Positions 1-13,408 of a stretch of DNA of 64,000 bases are shown here, one piece after another; the first letter of the stretch is position 1; each line of letters begins with the position of its first letter. This DNA comes from Callorhinchus milii (lineage: Eukaryota), in assembly GCF_018977255.1 (NCBI RefSeq), contig NW_024704742.1, positions 132,992,001 through 133,056,000 of the forward strand, written 5' to 3'. The notes under the pieces are model-generated. The model ran no database searches, was not told the origin of the DNA, and saw only the letters and a list, made by a program, of their open reading frames with translations. The position numbers and the translations under genes were made by a program.

Positions 1-385
1 GGACACTGCTGTGCTGCGTTTCATCCACAAAATACATACTAACTCCACTCTACAGTATATTCTGAGAAGCGCTTTGAGAATTCTCAATGACGTGATAAGA
101 CGCTATATCAAATGCAAGGATTATTATACAATGCTCTGAGGCATTTTCCCACATAAGCGGGCTGTGTTAATGTAAGTTTATTTTGTTGTGTGAACTATTT
201 AACCATTTCTGTAATCGAAAGGGAATAAATTCTGTTTTGGATGTGGTTGAATCTTGTAAAATTTTGAAAAACTGGGGACTTTGCTTTTGTGCAGTACATT
301 AAAAAGTACCGTTTAATATTTACGAATCTGATTTTTATAAGACAAACACGATGGATCACAGCCAACAAAAGAAATGTAGGTTATA

Positions 386-760
386 GGTGTCAGCCTGGTT
401 TAGTTGGTAGCGCTCTTGCCTCTGGGCCAGAAGATCGTGGGTTCAAGCCCCACGTCGAGATTTTGATATAGTCTCGGCTGTCACTCCATTGAGGTGCTGG
501 GGTTAGCATTTCATTGTCAGAGGAGCTGTCTTTCAGATGAGGTGTTGAACTGAGACCCCGTCTGCCTGTTCAGGTGGACATTAAAGATGCCATGGCACCA
601 TTCAAAAAGAAACGAGTTTCTCTCAGTGTCCTTTTGTCCCCCAGATAAAATTGGTCATTCACTCCATGGCTGGTTTGCGAAATATTGCTGTGTGTGAATT
701 AGTTGCCACATTAAACTACAGAATAGGCTACACCGCAGTTTACAGTAAATCCTGCAAAGT
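386..760 (+). mobile_element. Deu-domain tRNA-derived SINE (DeuSINE superfamily, SacSINE1/AmnSINE1-like body)
   Basis: Head GGTGTCAGCCTGGTTTAGTTGGTAGC...GGGTTCAAGCCCCAC (Pol III A/B boxes), followed by Deu-like TTTCAGATGAGGTGTTGAACTGAGACCCCGTCTGCCTGTTCAGGTGGACATTAAAGATGCCATGGCAC. Many other copies in the window. Confidence 0.8.
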
Positions 761-769
761 GATTTATAG

Positions 770-975
770 GAAAATAGGAATTAGGAGCAGGAGTAGACTA
801 TTTGGCCCCTCGAGCTGCTCCCGCCATTCATTAAGATCATGGCTGATCTTCTAACCTAACTCCATCTGCCCGCCCTATCCCCATATCCCTTAATCCCTCT
901 ATCCTTTAGAAATCTATCAATCTCAGTCTTGAATATGTTCAATATGTTGAATATGTCCACTGCACCAAGACTTCC
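770..975 (-). mobile_element. CR1 LINE 3' end fragment
   Basis: Closely similar to the CR1 3' end at 3546-3740 (AATTAGGAGCAGGA...GGCCCCTCGAGC...CATTCATTAAGATCATGGCTGATC...AATCTATCAATCTCAGTCTTGAATATGTTCAA). Confidence 0.8.
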
Positions 976-1352
976 CTACTGTTGTATTCGAACCCTTTTG
1001 CAATAAACGCTAATTTGAGACGTTTCATCCACATACTAAAGTGCTGTAATAAAATGCAGGGATTATTATTCTTATAAGTGCTGTGTGACTGGATAGTATG
1101 AGTTTTTCCAGCTGATGTAACGTGATCCCTTTGTAAAAAAAAACCTCCTAATTGTGAGGGAATTATCATAAATTCATGACATCTTGCCAATTAATTGTTT
1201 AAAAACTGGAAGATTTGGTATGTTAATGATTAAGATTTATTTTGCTGCGTGGCTTGTTAGCAGAGAGACAGGACACAGCGTTGTCTGACAGTGAAACTGA
1301 TATCCCGAATTTCTCACGGTGTTTGCTTTAAGACGGTTGTCTTAACACTATA

Positions 1353-1728
1353 GGTATCAGCCTGACTCAATTGGTGGCACACTCTCCTCAGCATCAAGAG
1401 CAGTGTGACTGACCTTCAAATACAGAGTTTGAAGACAGCTGCATTGTCGGAGGTGCCATCCTTCGGATGAGATATTAAAGCCAAGTTACCATTTGCCTGT
1501 TCAGATGGATGTTAAAAATCCCAAGGCACTATGCATAAAAAAAGGGAGTTTCTTCCAGTGTCCTCGATAAAAATGGTCATTCACTTCATGGTTCTTTTGT
1601 GGGGCATTTTCTATGCGCAAATTGCCTCCAAACCACACAGTGACTACACTTCAGAGGAACGTGAAGCTCTTTGAGACCTTTCGGATTGGGATACAGCGCT
1701 GTCTCAAATACAAGCATCATTATTATTC
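1353..1728 (+). mobile_element. Deu-domain SINE copy
   Basis: Head GGTATCAGCCTGACTCAATTGGTGGCAC, Deu segment GGTGCCATCCTTCGGATGAGA...GATGTTAAAAATCCCAAGGCAC, tail ending CAAGCATCATTATTATT. Confidence 0.75.
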
Positions 1729-3545
1729 AGACATTGTAGAATTTTGGAAGGTTCTTAAATTCGGTCTGAATTTAGAAGCCAGCTTCTGTGGGGGTCATTT
1801 TAAGAACCGTGGGCACTCGTCTTCCGAATTTAGCCTGAAGTTAAGAATTTTCCAGAATTCTTCCCCTTAAGATTATTGTTGCAGATGCGGAGGGTAAGAC
1901 CATGACGAATTTCAAATCCCGGTCCTCAGCACCTTCAATTGCGAGCAGGAGCCTTGCGTAATCACAGAAGAATATCTCAAGTGGCTGCTGTTAGGGATCA
2001 AGTTAAGACACATACAGAACTTATAAACGCAGCGAAACAGACATGATGAGTGTTTTCATATTTCAGACTATGGACTCAAGGACCTTTCAGAGAGGAAACA
2101 GCTTTCCCTAGAGACCGCTCCAGGGCTTGAAATGCATACTTAACCCCCCCGTCACCTTCCCCACATAGATGCATATCTACCACAAGCCTGAATCTCTTTC
2201 CTCCTGCCCAATATTAAAACACCAGGGATAAGACGCAACTTCACTTAAAATTGAAACCAGAATCAATCTTCTCTGAGGCTCCAATCCTTGTTACCGTAGC
2301 GATTGAGAGCTTGTGATAGGGGGAGGGGGGGGATGGCTGGTTGGCAAGAACTTACATGTGTGGAAACTTATTTTCCCAATCCTCATACACATGGATCAAA
2401 GGAGGAGGTGTACAGGAAGATGAGACTTTGATTCATTTGATCTCATCTCATGCAGAATGCTCACCTTCCAGTCTTCTCGTCATAATAATAATATTTGTAT
2501 TTGATATAGTGCCTTATCACGTTGTAGAGATGTCTCAAACGCTTCACAGTATATACTGTAAAGTTGTACACAATGTTCGCCTGCAAAGTACTAGACTTTA
2601 TAGCAAATCCTGCAAAGCTCTTTGAGATGCCATCACGACACATTCCTCCAAATAAAAATAGTCACTCGTTTCAGGGCTGTTTGTGGGACACTGCTTTGCA
2701 CAAACTTGTCAGTTGTCTTCACCCATAAAACACACAGTCACCCCACTTTACAGTATATGCTTTGAAGTGCTTAAGAGGCGTTCTCCTACTGTGAAAGTTG
2801 CTATAATAATAATAATGATAATTCTTATATTTGACTTAGTATTTTCCCACAGTCTTTGCCTGTCTCCTTATCTCCCGGCAGATCGATATCAAGATATCCT
2901 CACCCCCAAGGATTATTCCCTTCATGCCCTGGGACCTCCTTATCTCTCTGATCTCCTCCTCCTACTCCTCTGCTCACCTGCTCAGCTCAGCTAAGTCAGG
3001 CATGTCCACTGTTCCTATATTGGTGGCTGAGTCTTCAGATAATATGCCCCTAACCTCTGGAACCCCCTCCATCTTGTCCCCTCGCTGTCTGACTTTAAGT
3101 CCACCTTAAAACCTGTCTCTTCAACTGCACCTACTGTCACCTGTCCCTTCACCCATCCCTTCTCTTTGCTCAGGAGCCTGGATTAACCAATAAACCATGT
3201 AAAACATGGTTTAGGGCCCTAAGGTCTGAGAGAGCCTGGGATATGATGCACACCTTTAGCTCTCGGCTGTGCATCTCTTCTGGTCGGTCTCTGCTTTGAG
3301 GTAGAGAGCAACGGGAGGTAAGAGGCAGCATAAAGAGCAAGAGCCATGTCTAACAGCAATAGATCTTATCTTAGTGGCACTGAAAAAATCGATGTTGATG
3401 CAGACAGCGCTGATGAATTTGCGCACTTTCTGGATTTTATTATCACACACTGAGCATGAGAAAACTCCGTGAGAAATGCTGAAGTTAATACGAAACAGCA
3501 CCACTTGGTGGATTCAACATTTCCTAACTTTGGCAGTAGCTCTTA

Positions 3546-4140
3546 GAACATAGAACATAAGAACATAAGAATTAGGAGCAGGAATAGGTCATTCGGCCCC
3601 TCGAGCCTGCACCTCATTCAATAAGATCATGGCTGATCTACTCTAACTCCACCTACCCACCTTATCCCCATATCCCTTAACCCCTTTATCCACAAGAAAT
3701 CTATCAATCTTAGTCTTGAATATGTTCAAGGACTGAGCATCTACAGCCCTTTGGGGTAGAGAATTCCATACATTCACTACCCTCTGAGTGAAGAAGTTTT
3801 TCCTCAACTCAGTGCGAAAGGGCTTACCCCTAATTTTAAGACTGTGACCCCTGGTTATAGTTTCTCCAACCAGGGAAAAAAGTCTCCCACTATCGTACCC
3901 CTTAATAATCTTATAGATTTCTATAAGATCACCTCTCATTCTTCTATATTCAAGAGAATCTAGGCCTAAATTGCTCAACTTATCCTCATAACTCATCCCC
4001 CTCATCCCAGGTACCAACCTAGTGAATCTACGCTGTACCCCCTCCAAGTACATCCTTTCTTAAATAGGAAGACCAAAACTGCACACAATGTTCCAGGTGC
4101 GGTCTCACCAGGGCCCTACACAGTTGCAGCAAGTTCGTTC
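3546..4140 (-). mobile_element. CR1 LINE 3' fragment (ORF2 C-terminus, 3'UTR and tandem terminal repeat)
   Basis: ORFs 3643-4053 and 4028-4213 encode the typical CR1 ORF2 end (LVRPHLEHCVQFWS, LEGVQRRFTRLVPG, RRMRGDLIEIYKI, TRGHSLK, FFTQRVVNVWNSLP), split by a frameshift. Terminal AGAACAT/AGAACATA repeats at 3546-3570. Confidence 0.92.
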
Positions 4141-4849
4141 TTCCTTCGTATGTTCTTAAGACTGCAAAAGCTTTGAGACGTCTCGCAGACGTGATAAGTC
4201 CCATCAAATGCAAGGATTTTTATTATTACAGGTAACAGTCTGTGAAGGTGAGCGCTCCTTCTCAAAGATGAATCTCATCAGAAACTCATTCATATCCACC
4301 CATATAATGATCCAAACTTGATTGAATGATCTGGCAATTATGTCTATTGAGCATTATTTGACACGTTCACTGAGTTTTGACATGTTTGACAAACATGTAG
4401 TTGACATGTTTGCAACTGTGAAGTCAGGCAATAAAGTATTTTAAAAATGGTTGCATACTTTGCTTAAATAATTCAAAGTGGCCCTAAATGTAATCTGTTT
4501 TAAGGTCCCCTTAATCTGGTCCAACCTAGTCATTGTGAAGTTCTCTGAGACGCTATGGGGAGCTGTAGGAGATCAAGTTGTTAATGTTCTCAGTGGAAAC
4601 CATTGATAGTTTTGTAGGCCTGCATGCGATCATCCTCTTCACCTTCTCTCTCCTCCGCCGTAAACTTTTCCCAGCCTTTCGAGTGTCTCCGAAAATCCAC
4701 ATCCATTCTGAGTGTTGCTGCGTTCAGTGATATTCTCTCCGCTGTTGGATGACCCCTAGTGGTAGCCTGGGCTCAGTGACACAGCATTCCTTCCAATAAA
4801 TCATGATGAAGTTATCTGTTTATCTGCGCCATATTGTAATAATAATATT

Positions 4850-5230
4850 ACATAATAATCCTTGCGTTTGCGATAGCTCCTTTCACGTCAAGAATGCCTC
4901 AAGGAGTTCACAGAGTTTTTCTGTGGAGTCTAGTGACTTTTCCTTTGTAGGCGAACACAGCAGCCAATTTATTCTCAACAACGTCACACAAAACAGCCAT
5001 GAAGTGAATGAACCTATTTTTTCTGGGGTGGGGGGGAGTGTTGGCTATATCACCGGGAGAGAGAAACTCTCTTCTGTTTTTGAGTAGTGCCACTCGATCT
5101 TTAATATCCACCTGAACAGGAAAACAGGATCCAAATGTCCGACACCTAACATTGCAGCTCACTCCTGCACTGTATTGGAATGCTAGCCTAGACCCTGAGA
5201 GCAAAGTCACTATGTAGGGCCTTGAACCAT
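4850..5230 (-). mobile_element. Deu-domain SINE copy
   Basis: Reverse-complement tail (AATAATCCTTGCGTTTG) and Deu segment (TAGTGCCACTCGATCTTTAATATCCACCTGAACAGG). Confidence 0.7.
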
Positions 5231-6704
5231 GACAAAATGGGGTTAAATTCGCCGACTTTCTTAACGGATTTCTTAAATAAGAAATCTGATTGTGATCTCC
5301 TTCCAGTGACTGGAGTACGTTCCTCGTGTCACTCTGATCCGAAGAAATTCTGCTCTGAAAATAGTCTATCGTGCCTACGGTTGCCTTCCCACTACCCCAG
5401 CTCGGCATCAAGCTCCGCCACTGTTAAACTCTCCAAGCTACCCTGTGTGAAGGGCGCTGTATAAATGCAAGTTGTTGTTGTTGTTGAGTTAGTCGGTGAT
5501 GGCATTACTGCGAGTCAGCATCACGGACTCATGAAATTGCTCGCAAAATACTTATTCACTTTACAGTATATTCTGTGAAACTCTTTATGCTGTCTGAAAG
5601 ACGTGATAAGGCCCTATATCAAATGTAAAGGATTATTATTGTTAAGAAATATATTAACAAATAACACAAAACTGACATTGCTAAAATACATCCTGTGATG
5701 TGTTTGAATGATGTGATAAGGTGCTATATCAAATGCAAGGATTATTATCGAAACATTGTTATTGGAATATTATTGAAACATTATTGTAAGACATGTAATG
5801 CCAGAAATCCCCGGCATCTGCAAGATCAACATCTGCAAAGAAAGACAGATTAATATTAAGTCTGTAACTCTCTCAGTGGTTATGATGATACTGTAATACT
5901 AAAGCTTACATTTGGAATACACCTTTCACGTCAAGGATTTCCTGAAGCGCTTCACAGAATTTACTGTAAATTGTAGTGACTGTGTATGTTATGGGCGAAC
6001 AGGACAGCCAATTTGCGCACAGCAATCTCACAAAAGCAGCGAGGAAATGAATGAGCAAATCTGGCATCTAGTTTTCTTCACTGAGGTCGGGCAAGGTATG
6101 CCAAGGCAGGGTCAATGTTGTAGAATTTCTTAACGTATTTCTTTGGGAAATTAGGAAATGTATTTCTTCTGATGACATCTATTTCTTGTTGGTGTGACTA
6201 GTTAGTGTAGAGTTTAACTATTGTGATTTTGTCCTGTGAAATACACCTGATTCCCTGATAAGGCAATTTAGAGCCACAGAAATTTACAGCATAGAAGACA
6301 GCCGTTCATATCATCATGAATCATCCTGTGCTGGTTCTTTTAAAGAGCAATCCTTTCACTCCCATTCTTTCCCCATACCCTTGTATTTGACTCTTTTTTA
6401 GATATTTATCTAAAGTATTTATCTAGATATATGGAATCTGCCTCAACCACTGCTCCCAGCAGGATATTCCATATCCTAACTACTCTGTGCATGAAAAAAG
6501 TTCTCCTAACTTCCCTGTTTGCTTGTCTGCTAACTAATGGGAACCCAACAGCTTGTGGGACTCTGTCAGTTGAATACAACTCTTCAAGGGGCATCTTATA
6601 ATGATAATAATAATTAATCATAATAATACTTCCATTTGATATAGCATATTATTGAGAATATATTGTAAAGAGGATTGACTGTGTATTTTCTGGGTGAAAT
6701 GTGA

Positions 6705-7044
6705 TAACAATAACAATCCTTGCATTTGATATAGTGCCTTATCACATCTTCGAGACGTCTAAAGCACAATTTGGCAACCAATTGCTAAATGAAATGTGGC
6801 AGTCAGTGGCACACAGTGGTGTCCCACAAACAGTCGTGGATTGAGTGACCCATTTGTTTTTGAGAGATTATTACCCCCAGAAAGTGCTTCGGCAATCGAC
6901 TAACAACCAGGTTCCTACTTACTGCTAGGTACACAGAGGCGTGTGGAGTAAGGAAACTTGTCAAAGGTTTCGCCCTGCCCAGGAATCAAACCCATGTCCT
7001 CTTGTTTGCGAGGTGAGCGGGCTAACCACTATGCTACAGGACTC
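6705..7044 (-). mobile_element. tRNA-Ala-headed CORE-like SINE, long form
   Basis: Reverse complement of GAGTCCTGTAGCATAGTGGTTAGC...CTCGCAAAC...GGGCGAAACCTTTGACAAGTTTCCTTACTCCACACGCCTCTGTGTACCTAGCAGTAAGTAGG through the tail. Confidence 0.85.
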
Positions 7045-8629
7045 CAGTTATACAACCTCTCTGTGGGTGCATTTGTGAGCGCGCGTGTGTCTGTGTGTGT
7101 GCACAGCAGTGGGTGGCAGGAGGAGAAGGGTCGGAAGGGGAAAGAGAAGAGGAGGGAAGGGTGGGAGGCGAATTCAGGCAAGCTGAAGCATGCTAATGAA
7201 TTAGAAGCATACCACAATGGAGGCAATTAAAGAACCATTATGCAGAAATGATCTATAGCTTTAGCTTGTACCTGAAAGGTCCTCAGGAAACCGGGTCAAA
7301 ATTGAAAACAGAAACCCTGTGCTAATTTTCCACTCCGAGCATCAATAACTTAAGTCTGTCTTACGGGAGGTATGCAGCTTTGCATGCTTTTCACTTGTGT
7401 TTGTGTGTGTGTGTGTATGTTGGGGGTGGGGGTGGGGTTTGGGTGAGTGTGGGGGGAATTATTGAGGGGAGGCTATTGGGAAAGCATCTTTGAGCACTTG
7501 ATGCAGTGTAATCTGGAAGGAGTTTATTGAGGACAGAGCCAGCCTCCGCTGTGTCCTCACTCCCCCGCCTGCCCGCTTCTAAATTTACCCCAGAACTTTG
7601 GCTAATCAACAAAACAAATAAATATTTGCTGTTTTCTCACGGGCCAAGATTCCATGGAAATATTTTATACTGCAGCCATTGAGTTCCTCCGCAACTCCCC
7701 ACACACGCTTACTGTGGTATTATCCCTCCCTTCCTCCTCCCAGGGCAGGTTACAAGAAGGGGCAAGAACAGTGCCCCCTGTGGCTCATCCAAACTGTGTT
7801 TGCCCCCAAAAGACAACTGAACGGAGGGAGTTGGGTGTCCTGGCCAACAATCCCTCAAATAAAATTGGTCACTCACTTCATGGCTGTTTGTGGGACATTG
7901 CTGTGGGCAAATTGGCTGCTAAGTTGGCTGACAAAACACTCAGTCACTGCACTTTACGGTATCGTCTGTGAAGCCCTTTGGGACGTCCTCCTGACATGAA
8001 AGGCACTGTATCAAATGTAAGGATAATTAAGATTAATTATTATGGGGAGATTGGGGGGAACGGATGAGTTGGGATGCTGCTCAGTAAACTGGACCCAAGT
8101 TTTATAAAGAAAGAACATAATCTTTCTTTCAGTAAATATTAACAGAAATATGTGTTGGTCGGGTTAAGAAGGAATGCTCCTTTAGGAAGTTATCATGTTC
8201 ACTGGCTTGATAAACAACAGTTTAAGCTTCTTATGCCAGTAATGAAAACCATAAATTCCAGCTGGGGTTAGCCTGTAAATCCATCATAACATAAAATTTA
8301 AGGTCACGCAGAGTATTCGGCACTCTGAGATGCTATCCCACGTGAAGGACTCTATATAAATTCACGTTACTGTACTCTTAAATTCAAATGCAATTTGGAA
8401 GCCAGTTTTCTGCAATTCTTGCAAAGCAAACGGCTTCCTGATTAAGACCGCACACAATAGATTTTTCCACAATTAAATTCTCAATTTAAACATTTAATGA
8501 ATTCAATTTAAACAATTTCATGCAACGTTAAATTTGAAGTGCCAGCACAAAGGCACACATTTCAACACTAAGCTATGACATGTCAGCAGTTTGAATCCCA
8601 CCCTGCATAGAGTTTGCCGCCCATTAATG

Positions 8630-8990
8630 TCCCACAAACAGCCTTGAAGTGAATGGTAAATTTTATCTGGGGAATCCCTGGTCAAGCATGGGGCGAAACT
8701 CTCTTTCCTTTTTGAACAGTTACCATGGGATTCTCAACGTCCACCTGGACAGGCAAACAGGACCTCAGTTACAACAACAACAATTTTATGATGTCTTTCA
8801 CTTCGGGAGGATATCCCAAGGCACAAGTTTAACGTCTCAATCAAAGGACAGCTCTTGTGACAATGTGGCATTGCACTCACCAGCAAAAAACTGGAGCATC
8901 AGACTTGACTATGAGCTCAAAGTCCAGATGTGTGACTTGAACCACCAATTTTCTAATCGTAAGAGGAGAGTGCTACCAACTGAACCAGGC
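8630..8990 (-). mobile_element. Deu-domain SINE copy, interrupted by a short L2 tail
   Basis: Reverse-complement head (GAGAGTGCTACCAACTGAACCAGGCT) and Deu segment. An L2 tail piece (ACAACAACAAC...TTTCACTTCGGGAGGATATCCCAAGGC) sits at ~8770-8825. Confidence 0.7.
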
Positions 8991-9504
8991 TAATAGATGG
9001 GCATTTGGGTGACAAAGAGGAGGATTTCTGGTGCCTTTGGAGCCAGGGGAAAGGGGAGGTGAAAAGGAGAAGAAATTGGCAGAAAAAAAACAAAGTACGA
9101 TTGATTGCATTTTTGTGAAAATATAGGTTGTCTGGAGATCGCAGAGCTCTCACACCAGGAGGGCAAGATCTTACGAGTGTTACATCTGGCATTCCATAGA
9201 GTTTGGTTCATTCAGTGACTGAACACTTTCTCTCGGTCTCAGATAACACGTTCCTCAGCCCATGCTGGGTGCAAACCGCTAAAAAAAGGCAACTCCGCCA
9301 CTGGAAGTTCATCTGCGTTTTATTCTGTGATTGCGCTCGGGGTTTTTTTCTCAAGCACAAATAGGATACGCCTGATCATATGGCGTCGCTCAGAAATTGG
9401 GGTGGTGGGGAAGGAGTCTCAGAAATCCTCCTGTACGAAGGACTATCTACTTTACAGGCCTCTGTTAGGTAAATAATTGACTATGTCTTTCTGCTCCACT
9501 TGTG

Positions 9505-9860
9505 TAATAATAATAAAAATAATCCTTGCATTTGATATAGCGCTTATCACATCTTCGAGACGTTCTCAAAGGGCTTCACAGAATATACTGTAAAGTGAAT
9601 TAACTGTATATTTTGTGGGAAAAATGCGTCAGCCAATTGTGCACAGCAGTATCCCACCAACAGTCGTGGATTGAGTGACCACATTTTTTTTTGAAGGGAT
9701 TATTACTCTCAGTAGGCAATCTGCCAATCAATTAACAGCCAGGTTCCTACTTACTGCTACTTACTACAGAGGCATATGGGTAAGGAAACATGCCCCGCCC
9801 GGGAATCGAACCCAGGCTCCTCTCGCTTGCGAGGCAAATGTTCTAAGTACTACCAGGATT
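9505..9860 (-). mobile_element. tRNA-Ala-headed CORE-like SINE
   Basis: Reverse-complement tail AATAATCCTTGCATTTGATATAGCGC through head CCGGGAATCGAACCCAGG...CTCGCTTGCGAGGC. Confidence 0.85.
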
Positions 9861-9961
9861 GTAGCGATTGATGGCTTGGACGTGTTTGCCAGCCCCATAG
9901 CACTAAATAAATGTAAAGTATTGTTGTTGTAGAATGATATTTGTCCATAAATGAACTGGTA

Positions 9962-10388
9962 TCATCCTGGCTCTGATCAGTAGCAAGCTTGGCTTTCAGT
10001 CAGAAGGTTGTGGTTTGAAATCCCCACCTCAGGAGTTCGAACTCACAGTCTAGTCTGACATTCCACTTCAGTTTTGACTGTGTATTTTGTGGGTGAAACC
10101 CTGGGGGTACTCTGCAGATGCATAGTTGAACCGAGGTTACATCTCCTTGTTCAGATGAATGCTGAACATTCGATTACACTATTCCTGTTGTCCAAACCAA
10201 CAATCCCCCAAATAAAACTTATCACTTAGTTCATGGTCGTTTGTGGCATGTCACTGTTTGCAAATTGGTTGCTGGGTTCGCCTGCAAAATAGACAGTCAC
10301 TACAATTTACAGTAAATCAAGTCAAGCCCTTTGAGATATTTCAGTGACATAATAAGGTGCTATATCAAATGCAAGGATTATTATCATA
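9962..10388 (+). mobile_element. Deu-domain SINE copy
   Basis: Diverged head (TCAGTCAGAAGGTTGTGG), Deu segment, and tail GTGCTATATCAAATGCAAGGATTATTAT. Confidence 0.7.
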
Positions 10389-10663
10389 AGATTGGTTTGG
10401 ATGAAAGAGGCCATTCAGTCCATTGATCTCATCCTTATAATTAGAATGACAATAATCCTCTCGTTTGGTAATAGTCCATTCCACATCAGAGGATGTCTCA
10501 AAGTTGGTGTGTTATCGGCTGAGCCCAGCTGACACCTGACTTCCAGATTACCCACCTTAGCATTACAGGATTGAGCTGTTTAACTGAGATCAAGGAGGGT
10601 GTGATCTGAGAGAATATCTAAGGTAGTCCACCTCCTCTCCATCATACCAGGGGCAAGCCTGAC

Positions 10664-11135
10664 GTAACATTAGGCAAGTTTCCTTACTCTGCACGCTCTC
10701 TTTTTACCTAGCAAGTAATTTAGGAACACGTTTGTTAGTCGATTGGTGCATCGCTTTCTGGTGATAATAATGCCTGCCCTCCCAAAAATGTGGTCACACA
10801 ATCCACGACTGTTTGTGAGACACTGCTGTGCGCAATTGGCTGCCATGTTTCACCCACAAAATACACTGTCAATCCACTTTACAATATAATAATAATAGTA
10901 ATCCTTGCATTTGATCTAGCACCTTTTCACGTCTTCGTGACGTCTCATGGTTTATGCTGTAAAGTGAATTCACTGTGTATTTTGTGGACAAAACGAAGCA
11001 GCGAATTTCCGCACAATAGTGTTCCACAAACAGTTGTGGATTGAGTGACCACATTTTTGGGAGGGCAGGCATTATTATCACCAGAAAGCGATGCACCAAT
11101 CGACCAACAACCAGATTCCAGCTTACTGCTAGGTA
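10664..11135. mobile_element. Tail-to-tail inverted pair of CORE-like SINE copies
   Basis: Plus-strand copy at ~10664-10885 and minus-strand copy at ~10886-11135. Confidence 0.85.
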
Positions 11136-11844
11136 AACCGAGGATATAAATATATTCTGTGAAGCACTTCGAGACGTCTCAATTATTATTATTCTATAGA
11201 ATCAGGCTCTGATCCAGTGACAGTCCTGTGAAGTTTAATAATAATCCTTGCATTTGATACGGCACCTTATCACGTCTTCGAGACGTCTCAAAGTTTGTGT
11301 ATGTGGAACGAAGAGGGAGAGAGTTGAGCATTATCGCAACCACATGTGAGAGCTTCGCTAAAGTCTCACGCCAGAGCCTTTGAGCTGCCCGGAGCTGAAA
11401 GCTAATCTGGTTGGCGGAGAGCATTGAGGTGCCGGCGTATTGCCAAGCGGAGGCGACAGAGAGTAATCAGTAGCGGATCGCAGAATGAGCGAGAGCCCAG
11501 GCACGTACAGGAGAAGTCTCATTTCCATCCGGTGCTTCAGAGAAAAGACAGAGAGCGAGAGAAAGAAAGAGAAAAAAAAAGGTCTCCAGAGAGTGTGACT
11601 GTTTCAAATTGAGAGCGCTGTGAGACTTTTCCTTTGTGAAGTTCGTAATCTGTACAGGAACTAACCGCAGAGCTTTGTACACTGCTGAAATCTATAGGCA
11701 TCACCTTTACTTGGTTACCAGAGACTTGTCTGTGCATTCCTAGTGCAGAGAAATAGATCCAGACAGAATGCATGTTCTTTTTTGCAGTTTGCACCCAGCA
11801 GGCTGTCCTGAACATGTCATCTGAGACTCGGAGAGAATACAATA

Positions 11845-12130
11845 CAATACAATTTACATTTATACAGCGCCTTTCACGTCTGGAGCTGCTGAATAGAACT
11901 GTCTGGGCATCCGAGGTGGGGGTCGGGAAGGGAAAGATGACCGAAAGCGCAGTCAAAGAAGGTCTTAAGATGGATCTTGAATGAGGTGAGGGAGAGAATG
12001 AGTTGGAGGGACTTTGGGCTGGAGTTCCAGACAGTGGAAAGGAGAATGACTAAAAGCCGATGGTGGAGCAGATATAGCAAGGGACGTGAAGCAGATTGAT
12101 GCTCGATGAGTAAAGGGAGTGGCCGGTTGT
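11845..12130 (-). mobile_element. L2 LINE 3' end fragment
   Basis: Reverse-complement tail TTTATACAGCGCCTTTCACGTC and L2 ORF2 end (VWNSSP..SFKIHLKTFF). Confidence 0.7.
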
Positions 12131-12374
12131 TTGAGTAGTAAGATGTCTGAAGTTCATGAAATGCCTTTAGATGGTCAAAAGGGCTCACCCTCTCAGAGAG
12201 GAGCAGCTTATCATAATAGCTTGCATTTATTTATACAGCGTCTCTCGTGTAGAAAGTAAACCGTTCCAGCCACTTTGCAAGATAGAACTGATTGGAAATG
12301 AAGAGAGTGTTGTTTTCGGCAGCACTCTCGCCTCCGGGTCAGAAGGTTGTGAATTCAATACATTTCACAAAGGA

Positions 12375-12830
12375 TTTTCACAAGGATGATTCCAGAACTG
12401 AGAAGTTATACCTATCAGGAAAGCCTGAACATACTTAGGTAAGGGTGACCTGATAGAGGTCTTTAAAATGATGAAAGGTTTTCATAGGGTAGACATAGGG
12501 AAGATGTTTCCATTTGTAGGCGAGACCAAAACCAGGGGCCATCAATATCAAATAGTCACAAATAGGTCAAATAGGGAAGTTAGAATAAATTTTTCACACA
12601 GAGAGTAGTGGGAATGTGGAACATGCTACCACAAGGAGTTGTTGAGGCAAATAGCATAGATGTATTTAAGGGAAAGCTCGACAGGTACATGAGGGAGAAA
12701 GGAGTAGAAGGTTATGCTTGAAGGCGTAGTCGAGGAAGGGCAGGAGGAGGCTCATGTGGAGCATAAACACCGGCATAGACCAGTTGGGCCGAATGGCCTG
12801 TTTCTGTTCTGTATATTCTAGTGTATTCTA
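12375..12830 (+). mobile_element. CR1 LINE 3' fragment nested in a Deu SINE
   Basis: AAGGGTGACCTGATAGAGGTCTTTAAAATG, TTTTTCACACAGAGAGTAGTGGGAATGTGGAAC, and 3'UTR GGGCCGAATGGCCTGTTTCTGTTCTGTATATTCTA. The SINE head lies before it (~12310-12370) and the SINE body after it (~12835-13130). Confidence 0.85.
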
Positions 12831-13408
12831 ATGTAAGACCCACATTGGCATAATCAAGACTGATGTTCTAGTGTAGTGCTGGGGGGAGCACTGTATTGTT
12901 AGAACTTGCTTTCATTTGGATGAGATGTTAAAAGTAAGGTCTTGTCTGCCTGTTCAGGAGGACGTTACGAAACTATTCAAGTGGGGAAGGGAATTTCTCC
13001 TTGTCTCCTGACCAAGAAAAATTGGTCATTCATTTCATGGCTGTTAGTGTTTTGAGCAAATTGGTCATGACACTTTATTTCAATTACCTGTGAAGCGTAT
13101 TGAGAAGATTTGACATGGATCAGATCCAAGGCTGTTGTAAATGTGGCAGGTGATCCATGCTAGACAATATTGAGACAATAATAATTCTTGCATTCGCTAT
13201 CATGCCTTTCACATAAGGAAAATGTTTCAAAGTGCTTCACAGGATATCCTGCAAAGTTGGGTGGCTGTGTAATTTTGTAGGTGAATGCGGGAGTCAATTT
13301 TACGCAGAGTAATGTCGCACAGACAATCATGAAATGAATGAACAATTTTAGTTTGCATTCTTGACCAGGACACAGGGAGAAACTGCCTTCCCTTTACAAA
13401 TAGTCTGT

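Noticed and set aside
4750..4765. CTCF-like motif (minus strand CCACTAGGGGTCA)
   Set aside because: A single imperfect short motif that cannot be distinguished from chance without ChIP data.
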